Shown piece by piece: positions 49,727 to 62,194 of a stretch of DNA of 64,000 nucleotides. The notes beneath the pieces were generated by a model. It was not told the origin of the DNA, made no database searches, and was given only the letters and a program-made list of their open reading frames with translations. The stretch is from Octopus sinensis. Taxonomy: Eukaryota. The stretch lies in NCBI RefSeq assembly GCF_006345805.1, contig NC_043020.1, positions 5,828,001-5,892,000 on the forward strand. The letters run 5' to 3'. Both the position numbers and the translations under genes were made by a program. How positions within the stretch are numbered: the first letter of the stretch is position 1; every line of letters begins with the position of its first letter.

Positions 49727-51289
49727 GACAGGCTTCTTTCAGTTTCCGTTTACCAAATCCACTCACAAGGCATTGGTCGGCCCGGGGCTATAGCAGAAGA
49801 CACTTGCCCAAGGTGCCACGCAGTGGGACTGAACTTGGAACCATGTGGCTGGTTAGCAAGCTACTTACCACACAGCCACCCCACTTTGCTTTTTTTTTTT
49901 TTTTGGAAAATAATAAAAAATGTAGTAAAATGTATGTCATTATTAGTCTGGTGTTTGGAACAAAAATTAGCATGAAGATTCGATTGAATGTTTTTAGATC
50001 ACTTTAACACTTCTGTTACCATATTCCTGTTGAAATACACAGCCTTGGTTTCAGTTAATTTTGAAATAATTTTGTCGTTATTAATCTGGCATTTGGAGCA
50101 TAGATTAACATGAAATTTCAAAGGAAGGGTTTAATTTAGATCACTTTAGCTCTTTCGTTACCATATGTCGAAATACCTTGCCGTGCTTTCAATTAATTTT
50201 GAAAAATGGATTTAACCCTTTAGTATTTAAACCGGCCATATCCGGCCAAAATAGTTAATCTGTTTTACGTTCAAACTGACCAGATCCAGGCTCTCACACC
50301 TACCCTACAATGTTATTCTACATTAAGTAATTACACCATCAAGATCTTGAAGATATGAGATAATGCATGATTAATTCTAATCAAAGATTTTAATATATTA
50401 TAATGAGCAGCAACTCGTTTCATAGATTTATAAGTTCTTATGTTTACAGTGACCCCGGGCCCTTTTTTCTTCTCAAACCTCTATCTCTTGCCACAGTGTG
50501 ACAGACATTGAATAATCAGAATTGACTCCTGGTCAATTCTGAGTTATATACAGATCTTGAAGCACAGTTAGTGTTCAGTGACCTCTAGTCATCCACATAT
50601 GATGTGGCTGGAGTTTAAGATCCTCTGGTCAAACTGTTGCAGTATAAGATTGTTCGTGAGCTGTCATCAAATAAATCCCTGTCATCGCTAATAGTTTTAG
50701 TTGTTGAGTCACTATCCAATTAGTTCTGAACACTAAAGGGTTAAATCTGAACACTAAAGGGTTAAAGACAAAAAAAATGTACTGGGGTCGATTCATTGAA
50801 CTAAACATTCTTCAAGGCAGTTCTCTAGCATAGTTGCTGTCTTATGGTTGAATGAAGGCAAAGATAAAGGATAAACTGAGCCCTTAATTTTGCGGTAACC
50901 AAATAAACTCAGTTCTATGTGTGTGCAATTGGGATACAAGAACCAAGTTAACTCATTCTTGATTCTGTAATTCTCCACAATCCATATGACATAATCTTCC
51001 TGATCACAGAGCCATGCTTCCACCTATCATCATCATCATCATCATCATCATCATCTTATTTTTTAGGTGGCAAACTGGCAGAATCGTTAGCATGCTGGGC
51101 AAAATGCTCGGTGGCATTTCGTTTGTCCTTACGTTCTGAGTTCAAATTCTGTCGAGGTCAACTTTGCCTTTCGTCCTTTCGGGGTCGATAAAATAAGTAC
51201 CAGTAGAACACTGGGGTCGACTACATCGACTCATCCCCTACCCCAAAATTGCTGCCCTTGAGGAAAAACTTCTAAACCATTATTATTAT

Positions 51290-51315
51290 TATTGTTGTTA
51301 TTATTATTATTATTA

Positions 51316-51352
<37 letters not shown>

Positions 51353-51464
51353 CATTATCGTTATTATGAAATTATTATTATTATTATCATTATCATTATT
51401 GTTATTATTATTATTGTTGTTGTTGTTGTTGTTGTTATTATTGTTGTTGTTGTTGTTATTATTA

Positions 51465-51500
<36 letters not shown>
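51290..51500. repeat. (ATT)n/(GTT)n microsatellite abutting an acceptor site
   Basis: Direct reading; runs to within about 10 nt of the AG at 51507-51508. Confidence 0.95.
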
Positions 51501-51501
<1 letters not shown>

Positions 51502-51508
51502 TACCTAG

Positions 51509-51550
51509 GTACGTCTGTGAAGCAGCCAAATTGCATAGGAGACAATCGAG
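51509..51550 (+). CDS. IRAK4: IRAK-like coding exon 3 (42 nt, linker)
   Basis: ttacctAG| GTSVKQPNCIGDNR |GTAAGT; phase 1-1, in frame. Confidence 0.65.
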
Positions 51551-51849
51551 GTAAGTAATTATTTTCCTCCCCCCCTGGGGAGATTTTTACTTGTTACATT
51601 GTTATTACTGTTATGAAATGTTTACAGGGATGTTTTCTTCGCAAAATTTTTGTATATCGTCTTGTGTTGTCCTTTAATGTTTTGATTTACATTAGCCCTT
51701 GTGGCCAATAAAAAGAATTAATTATTATTATTATCATTATTATTATTATTATTATTATGTTAACTCAGAATGCAAAAACATGAAACGCCGCTAAGCATTT
51801 CATTTCGTGTAACATCAATTCTTCCAGCTTGCTTTCTTATAACGACTCA

Positions 51850-52080
51850 TAATCATCTTGATACTGGATACTTTCATAAGCCAAATGATAATATCAAGTA
51901 TATAAATGTAGCGTCTAACCATCCACCATTAATAATATGGGTATTAGTTAAGAGTATTTCAATTAGGATATCTAAGTTATCTGCAAATAAAGAAATTTTG
52001 GAAGTACAAGCACCATGTTACAATACTGCTGTAGCTAGGGCTGGATATCGAGAAAAAATTCAATACATGCAACACACAGT
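51850..52080 (+). mobile_element. Penelope-like element RT C-terminal (thumb) fragment
   Basis: FHKPNDNIKYINVASNHPPLII..KSISIRISKLSANKEI...APCYNTAVARAGYREKI matches the PLE Y.KP..YI...SNHP..RIS..S....F..A..Y..AL..GY motif. Confidence 0.75.
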
Positions 52081-53936
52081 TATACATAACTCTGCCAATT
52101 CTTCCAATAATAATAATACACATTGCTTACAGTAACATTGTGTTGGTGTGCAAACTGATTCAGAAATAGAATAAAGGCCCAGGAGAATTGGTCATGCAAT
52201 AAACTACAAACCACATCCCATAGATATACGCAAAGCAATCATTGTATTGCTACTGCCGGGTCATAGTGCTAGTCAAAGTATAAACTATAAGAAAAAAATT
52301 AAATTTCACTTACAGCCATCTCAGCAAGAGCCATAAGTGTTTACAACCTCAGAATGGTCACAATTTTTCCATGCTAGATGTCTTGATTGAGTGATCAGGA
52401 ATGTCTGACTTGGGTTTTAGTCACATTTGGTCTTTTGCTAGCTCAAATATCTCACCTGTGCATGCCATGGTTACAGGTGAAAGCAAAAGTTTGCTAACTG
52501 AGCTGGTTGATTCTAGCCATTGACAATTCGCTGTCTGTTCGTCCACTCAGCCGCAAGTGATATTCACCATTTGAGTCAATAAATTCATTTGCTGAATTGG
52601 CCCACGTCCTCAGATGTCCTGATTGAGTGATAAGGCATTAATGCCAGACCCATTTTGAGCCACAATCGTTTACAACCCCAGAATATAAAATACATATTCA
52701 TATAATCACCATCATCTGACCAAACAACTTATCTGAACCCACACAAATTTTTCGCATCAGATGTCGTGATGAAGCTATGCAACATGAATATCTGATAGTA
52801 TTTTAGTTCCACCAGTCTTTCTGTAGCTGAAATATCTCATTTGTGCATGCCATGACTACAGTTGTTTGCTAACTAAACTGGTTGGTCCTGGCCATTGTCA
52901 GTTTGTTGTCTGGTCATCTGCTCAGCCTCTAGTGATATCCAACATGAATTCAATAAGTTTATTTGCTGAAATAGTCTATATCCACTATGTCATCATCATC
53001 ATCATCATCATCATTTAACATCCACTTTCCATGCTAGCATGGGTTGGACGATTTTGACTGAGGGCTGGTGAACCAGATGGCTGCACCAGGCTCCAGTCTT
53101 GATTTGGCAGAGTTTCTACAGCTAGATGCCTTTCCTAACGCCAACCACTCCGAGAGTGTAGTGGGTGCTTTTTACGTACCACCGGCACGGGGGCCAGTCA
53201 GGCGGTACTGGCAATGACCTCGCTCAAATCTTTTTACACATGCCACCAGCACAGGTGTTAGTAAGGCAACGCTCGAACGGTGCCTTTTAAGTGCCACTGG
53301 CATGGAAGCCGGTTAGTCGCTCTGTCGTACGGTGCTCTTTGCACCCTGCTAGCACAGACGCCAGTCATCGAATTTGATTTTGATTGATTTCACATTCCAT
53401 GATTTCAACATAACCCTGAGTCGGGTGGTGACATGCTTTTTAACCCCATAGCTGGGGCCGTGTCATGTGCTACAACTCTAGGACAAATTAGACCTGAAAA
53501 TCATAGTGGCTAAGTGGTGGTTCCACACTCCTCAAAATCCTGAAACTCTTGAACGAGGGCACCACTACTGGATGCAGTTTGAAGTCACACTTAGGACCCA
53601 TGTAATTCATAAATAATTGTTATAATTACATAACAATAAGTAGTTGTGTATGACATGAGTGTTACATCAAATATTTTCCAAATATAGAGAATGATAAACT
53701 TTGTGTCATAATACCTTGCTAGTGTGTGTGTATACGTATACACTATATTGATATATTATATCTATTGTAATGTGATAAAAGTGACAGACAACAGGACAGA
53801 CTCACACATATTCTGTTATCTGTCACTTTTATCACTTTATAATAAATATATTTATACAATATATATGCATTGATATATCTATTATAATGTACTAAAAATG
53901 ACAGACAACCGGATGTGTGTTTGTGTGTATACACAT

Positions 53937-55303
53937 ACAGGGTGCAATAGGTAAATTTTTATATTTTTAATTTCACATGCGCATTGTTTTAGATTTTGTC
54001 GACTACACAGTATGGTAGGGTCATTTGGGCACTGTCTGTGAGAAAAACAGCACCATGACACAATTCACTTTGCCAGAAATTTAAAACCGACATGCTGTAC
54101 TGCTGGGCATTTGTGCCGGAAACTCCAATACAGACATTTCAGAGTGTCTGGGTGTCAATCTGAGGACATGTACCGAGAGTGATAAAAATTAAACATCCAG
54201 TCAACATCGTGATGTTTGGAGTGATCATTTAGTGATGGCTACTTTATGCCTCCATTCATCTTCCCACACAGCCTCAGACTCAACACAGAGGCCTATATCA
54301 AGTGCTGGAGGAGATACTGCTGCCCTGGGTCAAGGAGGTGGCTACTGGAAGATCCTATGCCTGGCAAAAGGACTCTGCACCATGCCACACAAATAAGAGA
54401 ACCTAACCATGGCTGTCAGACAGTTTCTGCAACCACATCACCCCTAACACCTGGCTGCCTAACTCCCCAGACTGCAACCCCCTTGATTATTATGTGTGAG
54501 GCACAGTTGAGCGAGAAACCAACAAAACTCCTTGTAACACCCAAGATGAACTGAAGGCAAAGATTATGGCAACATTCACCAACTTAAACAAGGAGACCCT
54601 CCAGAAGAGTTGCAAAAGATTCCGGCATCATCTGGAGGCTGTGGTTGAAACCAATGGTGATTTTATTGAATAAATTTACTCTTTAGTATTTCAAGATAAT
54701 TTAAAGTAATTTTAGTAAATCATCATCATCATCATCATCATCATTTAACGTCCGTTCTCCATGTTAGCATGGGTTGGACGGTTCATCTGGGGTCTGGGAA
54801 GCCAGAAGGCTACACCAGGCTCCAGTCTGATCTGGCAATGTTTCTACAGCTGGATGCCCTTTCTAACGCCAACCACTCCGTGAGTGTAGTGGGTGCTTTT
54901 TACGTGCCACCTGCACAGGTGCCAGACGTGGCTGGCAAACGGCCACGATCGGATGGTGCTTTTTACGTGCCACCGGCACGGGGGCCAGATGAGGCTGGCA
55001 AATGGCCACGATCGGATGGTGCTTTTTACGTGCCACCTGCACGGGTGCCAGATGAGGCTGGCAAACGGCCACGGTCGGATGGTGCTTTTTACGTGAAACC
55101 GGCACAGGTGCCAGATGAGGCTGGCAAACGGCCACGATCGGATGGTGCTTTTTAAGTGCCACCGGCACAGGTGCCAGACGGGGCTGGCAAACGGCCACGA
55201 TCGATCGGATGGTGCTTCTTACGTGCCATTTCTGTTAAAATGAGATGTCAGCATTATTTTTATTCTTGCGTAATTTAGCCAGACAGTTTATTCACCACAC
55301 TTT
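53937..55303 (+). mobile_element. Decayed Tc1/mariner DD37D (maT) element, interrupted by an RTE 3' fragment (54721-55228)
   Basis: tacagggtg.. left end; frameshifted transposase WQKDSAPCH..(37 residues)..SPDCNPLDYYV..RFRHHLEAVVETNGDFIE* ending at about 54673; degenerate right TIR near 55285-55303. Confidence 0.8.
54721..55228 (-). mobile_element. RTE 3' UTR fragment with about five 63-bp units
   Basis: (CAT)n tail, family 3' end, and tandem gtgctttttacgtgcc..ggccacgatcggatg units. Confidence 0.85.
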
Positions 55304-55589
55304 GTGTGTGTGTATATGTATATATATCCTGTTGTCTGCCACTTTCTTTCCTGTCTCACACTGGATTTTATTTGACTAGAAGTCTCTCTCGCCTTATGTC
55401 TGTCTGTCTGTCTCCTCTCTAACAGGTAACACACACACACACATACATATATCCAACACCAAGGAAGGTCCTACTATCTGTCCTTGCCTCCCTCCTCCCC
55501 CATATTCCTCCCCACTCATTCTCTATCGCACAAGTACCCTCCTCCTTCAAACATTGGGCATTTTATCAATAAAAGGAAGGTCTTAATCC

Positions 55590-55960
55590 ATGTTTCTCAC
55601 TCTCTCCCTCTCCTCTCTCTCTCTCTCTCCCTCTCCTCTTTCTCTTTCTCTCTCTCTCCCTCTATCATACACACACACACACTACCACAAACAGACACGT
55701 ACATTTTTGCACAAGCGCACACACACACACACTCTCTCTCACAAACACACACACACTCTTTCTCTCTCTCACACAAACACACTCTTTCTCTCACAAATAC
55801 ACACACACACACACACACACACACTCTTTCTCTCTCTCTCTCTTACAAACACACACACACTCTCTCTAACACACAAACACACACACACACTATAACACAT
55901 ACACACACACATGTACATTACAACAAATACTACCCCTCCACACACACACACCTCACAGAC
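55590..55960. repeat. Compound (CT)n/(CA)n microsatellite
   Basis: Direct reading. Confidence 0.95.
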
Positions 55961-56339
55961 ACTACATTCATTCATCTTCTAAAAAGCTTACTGACCTACA
56001 TTCCTACAGTTTCACACTTGTATCTTCATTTGTCTCAATTAATTCTTCAAATGAGTCTGTTTTCTCTATCATCATCATCATCATCTTCATCATTGCCTTA
56101 ATCAGCCATAGTCAAAAAATTTGTCGTAACAGGAATATTTTTTATCCTAGTTCTCTTGGATAATAGTCAACCAGAGCTAAACAAAAACAACATCACAGTC
56201 ATCACCAGCCTGGTCTGACCACCACTACCAAGTAGGTGGAGATGGTACCCCAATCTGTCTTGGCTACCCAAGACAAGTATGTCTAGATAGTGCTCCAGTT
56301 TGGCCTGGCCATCACAGCCAAGTAAGCTGTAGGAATACT

Positions 56340-56700
56340 GTTTTACTTGTTTCAGTCATTTGACTGCGGCCATGCTGGAGCACCGCCTTTAATCAAGCAA
56401 CTCGACCCCGGGACTTATTCTTTGTAAGCCCAGTACTTATTCTATCGGTCTCTTTTGCCGAACCGCTAAGTGACGGGGACATAAACACACCAGCATCGGT
56501 TGTCAACATACACGCACACACACATATATGCATATACATATATACGACGGGCTTCTTTCAGTTTCCGTCTACCAAATCCACTCACAAGGCTTTGGTCAGC
56601 CTGAGGCTATAGTAGAAGACACTTACCCAAGGTGCTACACAGTGGGACTGAACCCGGAACCATGTGGTTGGTAAACAAGCTACTTACCACACAGCCACTT
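56340..56700 (-). mobile_element. SINE family A
   Basis: Matches the family consensus; inverted relative to 57318-57705. Confidence 0.88.
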
Positions 56701-57317
56701 CTCCGATCTAATTCCCACGATTAAGTACGCCAAACCAAACATGTTGTTATTCTTCAGTTTTACCCTTTTAATACCAACCCACCCGAATATACCTTTATGC
56801 TGGTACAAACTTCTTACTTCAATCTCTTAACATACACATTTTTTTCCAATTTTCATGCAAAAAATATATTTTATTATTATTTATTTTGAATCTTGTATAT
56901 AAAGAAGACAAAATACACAAATTATTTTGGATCATCACCATCATCATCATCGTTTAACGTCCGTTTTCCATGCTGGCATGGGTTGGACGGTTCAACTGGG
57001 GTCTGGGAAGCCAGGCCCAGTCTGATCTGGCAGTGTTTCTACAGCTAGATGCCCTTCCTAATGCCAACCACTCCGAGAGTGTAGTGGGTGCTTTTTACGT
57101 GCCACCTGCACAGGTGCCAGGTGGGGCTGGCAACGGCCACAATCAGTTTTGATTTATTATAAAGTTACTGATTGAAATGATCGTTACAGATCGTTAGTGA
57201 CAGAAAACAGGAATAACATCATTAACGAAGTATTCCAGGTTAGAAATTAGTGACAGATACTTCAGAGGATAATGAACATATATTTTTATTTAAGTTTTTT
57301 TTTTTTCTAGACATCTA

Positions 57318-57705
57318 GGTGCAGGAGTGGCTGTGTGGTAAGTAGCTTGCTTACGAACCACATGGTTCCAGGTTCAGTCTCACTGCATGGCACCTTGGAC
57401 AAGTGTCTTCTACTATAGCCTCGGGCCGACCAAAGGCTTTTGAGTGGATTTGGTAGATGGAAACTGAAAGAATCCCGTCGTATATATATATATATGTATG
57501 TATGTATATGTTTGTGTGTCTGTGTTTGTCCCCCCACCATCACTTGACAACCGATGCTGGTGTGTTTACATCCCTGTCATCTAGCGGTTCAACAAGAGGC
57601 ACTGATAGAATAAGTACTAGGCTTAGAAAGAATAAGTCCTGGGATCAATTTGTTCGACTAAAGGTGGTGCTCCAGAAGGGCTGCAATCAAATGACAAACA
57701 AATAA
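57318..57705 (+). mobile_element. SINE family A (older copy)
   Basis: GGTGCAGGAGTGGCTGTGTGG head, diverged tail. Confidence 0.82.
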
Positions 57706-58153
57706 AAAAAAAAATCTCTGAACGAAAATGTACTAGACAATCTGTTAAGAGGTTTAAGTGATCTGAATTATAACTTAACCATCAAAATTTCGTGTTCTAA
57801 ACATCAGCTTTATGAAATTTTCCCAAACTTTACATTGCTTCCAAATTTAGTTGAAGCAACGGCAGTAGATTTCGACAGAAATATGCTAACAAAAGGGGTT
57901 AAGGGGTTCTAAATCAAAATCTTCCATTAAAGTTTCAGGTTAGTCTTTTACTTGTTTCAGTCATTTGACTGTGGCCATGCTGGAGCACTGCCTTTAGTTG
58001 AGCAAATTGACCCCAGGACTTATTCTTTGTCAGCCTAGTACTTAGTCTATCAGTCTCTTGATAGATGGGTGGATGGGTAAGTGAGTATTGTATTCTTTCC
58101 TTCATGAATGTCATTTCTGTTCAAACTCAGAGTGGACCTTTATTCTCTTGCAG

Positions 58154-58204
58154 GTATATATCTGGAAGGGCAAATATCAACAGAATCAAATCAAAATAAT
58201 TTTG
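58154..58204 (+). CDS. IRAK4: IRAK-like coding exon 4 (51 nt, linker)
   Basis: tattctcttgcAG| GIYLEGQISTESNQNNF |GTGAGT; phase 1-1, in frame. Confidence 0.72.
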
Positions 58205-59446
58205 GTGAGTCGTTTGTTTTTTTTTTTTTTCCCTCTTTTACTTTATATTTCATCATCATCCTCATAATATCCATTTCCTGTGCTGGCTTGGGTTGAACAG
58301 TTTGACAGGAGCTGGTAAGGCTCAGGGCCCGCAGCAGGCACCAATGTCTGTTTGAGCATGGTTCCTATGGCTGGATGTCCTTCCTCACACCAACCTCTTT
58401 ACAGAATGTGCTGTTCCTTACACTAAGGAATCCTTGATGTAGATCCAGCAACGATTGTGCAATTACTGTGGATGACACCAGGTAGCCATGGGAAGTGAAC
58501 ATGCTTTATCAGCATACTACTAGATTTTAAATTTAGATTTAAACTTTAACTTTATATATGTATGTATGTATATATATATCATCATCATCATTGTTTAATG
58601 TCTGCTTTCCATGCTAGCATGGGTTGGATGATTTGACTGAGGACTGGCGAACCAGATGGTTTGCACCAGGCTTCAATCTTGATCGGGCAGAGTTTCTACA
58701 GCTGGATGCCCTTCCTAACGCTAACCACTCCAAGAGTGTAGTGGGTACTTTTACGTGCCACCGGCATGAGGGCCAGTTAGGCAGTACTGGCAACGGCCAC
58801 GCTCAAATGGTGTTTTTTACAGTGCTACCTGCACAGGAGCCAGTCCAGCAGCACTGGCAACAACCTCGCCCGAATGTTTTTTTCACGTGCCACCAGCACA
58901 AGTGCCAGTAAGGCAACGCTGGTAATGATCACGCTCAAATGGTGCATTTTACGTGCCACCAGCACAGAAGCCAATTAGCCGCTCCGGCAACAATCACGCT
59001 CAGATGGTGCTCTTCACGTTCCACTAGCATGGATGCCAGTCATCAAATTTGATTTCGCTTTCGGTTTCACTTGCCTCAACAGGTTTTCGCATGCAGAGTT
59101 TAGTCTTTCGTCACCATTTGTGATCTTTTCACCCTCTTGCTCCAATATTATTTTCCATCAATGATTTGCATATTTATTCTTAATGTATTCTGGCACACGC
59201 ACCCATGAATATGCTAATCACTGTTGTATTTGTCACAGGAGAACAACTTCTTTATGACAAATGTTCTCATAACAAGCTCAATCTTTTTCTTTTAGATCAG
59301 GGATTAGGGACTCCATTCAATGCCACCTCAACCCTTTAGCATTCAGATTGTTCTGCAAAATATGATGCTTATTTATTCACATTTAAAAAAAAAATAATCG
59401 GAAACTGACGGAAACTGAAAGAAGCCTGTCGTATATATGTATATAT

Positions 59447-59853
59447 AGGCGCAGGAGTGGCTGTGTGGTAAGTAGCTTGCTAACCAACCACATGGTTCCG
59501 GGTTCAGTCCCACTGTGTGTGGCACCTTAGGCAAGTGTCTTCTGCTATAGCCCCGGGCCGACCAATGCCTTGTGAGTGGATTTGGTAGACGGAAACTGAA
59601 AGAAGCCTGTCGTATATATGTATATATATGTATGTGTGTGTATATGTTTGTCTGTGTTTGTCCCCCTAGCATTGCTTGACAACCGATGCTGGTGTGTTTA
59701 TGTCCCCCGTCACTTAGCGGTTCGGCAAAAAGAGACTGATAGAATAAGTACTGGGCTTACAAAGAATAAGTCCCGGGGTCGATTTGCTCGACTAAAGGCG
59801 GTGCTCCAGCATGGCCGCAGTTAAAATGACTGAAACAAGTAAAAGAGTAAAAG
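59447..59853 (+). mobile_element. SINE family A, full length
   Basis: Complete head and tail; preceded by a partial duplicated internal segment at 59399-59446. Confidence 0.9.
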
Positions 59854-59919
59854 TGTAATGCATTATCTCATAGCTTTGAATTTTCAATGATGTCCCTGTA
59901 TGTTTTAACACTTGTATTG

Positions 59920-60160
59920 TATGGCACCTTTTCGAGTTCCATATGTCTTACACTCAAAGAACATGCTTAGAAAATCAAAAAAGAACACAGCACCCAAGAC
60001 TTTTGAAGATATTTTTTTCATGCTCAAAATTGCTGGAGCGTGGAATAAACTACTTGCTTCAGTAGTTGGATGTTGGGACTTGACATCCTTCAAAACTTCC
60101 ATGTTTCTTGGAATTTGCCAACAGTACACTCCCCCCATGCCTTCCCCCACTTTTATTTAA
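59920..60160 (+). mobile_element. Decayed CR1-type LINE 3' fragment
   Basis: FFMLKIAGAWNKLLASVVGC..SFKTSM resembles the FS.RV...WNKLP...V......FK motif, also seen in the CR1 at 5949-6530. Confidence 0.55.
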
Positions 60161-61056
60161 ATGACTTTTTCACTGTTCACTTCCTGTGCATTATTCTATG
60201 TATTGTTCATGCACCTATTAGCTACAGGACCCAGTGCACCAATTTGCCTAGGGGACCTCTAATGCTGCTAAGATGGCTGTGACACCAGTGTTTCAACTTT
60301 TTTGTGTCTCTTCAGTCAGAAACATCTCCAGCCTAATGAATCTAACTGTAGCTGATGGTTATGTTTATAATTTTACTGATTGCTTTATCGTTTGCTGAGC
60401 CTCATTGATGTCTATAAGTCATCATTTTGAATCTAATTGTTCATCATCATCATCATCATTTAGCATCTGCTTTCCATGCTAGCATGGGTTGGACGGTTCA
60501 ACTGGAGTCTGGGAGGCCAGAAGGCTGCACCAGGCCCAGTCTAATCTGGCAATGTTTCTACGGCTGGATGCCCTTCCTAACGCCAACCACTCCGTGAGTG
60601 TAGTGGGTGCTTTTTACGTGGGGCCAGACAGGGCTGGCAAACGGCCACAGTCGGATGGTGCTTTTTACGTGCCACCATTTTCCTACTTGTTTCAGTCATT
60701 AGACTGTGGCCATGCTGGAGCACCACCTTGATGTACTTATTTATTATTATTATTTTTTAAGTCTATCGGTCTCTTTTGCTGAAGTGCTAAGTTACTGGGA
60801 TGTAAACACACCAATACCAGTTGTGAAGCTGTGATGGGGGACAAACACTGAGACAAAAACACACACACACACAACAGGCTTCAGGCTTCTTTCAGTTTCT
60901 GCCTACCAAATCTATTTGGGGCTATAGTAAAAGACATTTTCCCAAGGTGACACACAGTGGGATTGAACCTAGAACCATGTGGTTGGGAAGCAAACTACTC
61001 AGTACACATCCCCACCTGTGCTTATATACGGTTTATTTTTTTTCTCTCTTTCACAG

Positions 61057-61356
61057 ACACACCTTCCACCAAAACAACAAAGTGCTGTGAGAAAAGAATC
61101 AGTCCATCTTTGCCGCAAGAACATAGTGAAAGTAGAAGTTCTTCGATTGATAATTCTTCCAGACGAAGTTCGTCGGATGTTTCTGAACTCTCCACCATAG
61201 AAATGAGATCATATCATTACTCCGTCAGCAGTTCAGCGCAACAGAGCAGCTTCCCCGTCGGACAGCCGAACCCGTTTGCAGAAGCTTTTACAAAGAAGGC
61301 CACGGAGAATGATGACACACCTGCAGTATTGAAGCAACTTCTCAACTTACACATAG
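61057..61356 (+). CDS. IRAK4: IRAK-like coding exon 5 (300 nt, Ser-rich linker)
   Basis: Long pyrimidine tract plus cacAG; open frame DTPSTKTT..SSSDVSELS..AVLKQLLNLHI; donor G|GTAAGT; phase 1-1. Confidence 0.82.
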
Positions 61357-61371
61357 GTAAGTAATTCTCAG

Positions 61372-62170
61372 TGATTACTATTGGTGGTGCAGCTGATGGT
61401 GGTGGTGGTGGTGGTGGTGTAGCTGATGGTGGTGGTGGTGGTGGTGCAGCTGATGGTGGTGGTGGTGGTGGTGTAGCTGATGGTGGTGGTGGTGCAGCTG
61501 ATGGTGGTGGTGGTGGTGGTGGTGCAGATGGTGGTGGTGGTGGTGGTGGTGTAGCTGATGGTGGTGGTGGTGGTGGTGCAGCTGGTGGTGGTGGTGGTGG
61601 TGGTGTTGCAGCTGATGGTGGTGGTGGTGGTGGTGTAGCTGATGGTGGTGCAGATGGTGGTGGTGGTGCAGATGGTGGTGGTGGTGCAGCTGATGGTGGT
61701 GGTGGTGTGGTGGTGGGTGTAGGTGTGGGTGGTGATGGTGGTGGTGGTGTAGTGTAGTGGTGGTGCAGTGATGGTGGTGGTGGTGCAGATGGTGGTGGTG
61801 GTGGCGGTGTAGCTGATGGTGGTGGTGGTGCAGCTGATGGTGGTGGTGGTAGTGGTGTAGCTGATGGTGGTGGTGGTGGTGGTGTAGCTGATGGTGGTGC
61901 AGATGGTGGTGGTGGTGCAGATGGTGGTGGTGGTGTAGCTGATGGTGGTGGTGGTGCAGCTGATGGTGGTGGTGGTGGTGGTGCAGCTGATGGTGGTGGT
62001 GGTGGTGGTGCAGTTGATGGTGGTGGTGGTGGTGGCGGTGGAAGAAAAGGATTGTGGCGGTGATGGTGATGAAGAATGGGTGAGGAACAGTGGTGATGAG
62101 GAGGGAGGTGGTGGTGACGATGAAGTGGAAAAGTATTGTGGTGGTGGTGGTGGTGGTGGGGTACAGGTAG
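61372..62170. repeat. (GGT)n-based compound minisatellite, unit gc(t/a)gat(ggt)n
   Basis: Direct reading; begins about 15 nt after the exon 5 donor. Confidence 0.95.
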
Positions 62171-62194
62171 GGGGTTGCGTTGATGGTGATGTCG

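Noticed and set aside
59239-59339. Possible alternative terminal exon of the IRAK gene (GEQLLYDKCSH..STL*) after a good acceptor
   Set aside because: Only an acceptor motif; no donor, poly(A) signal or homology support.
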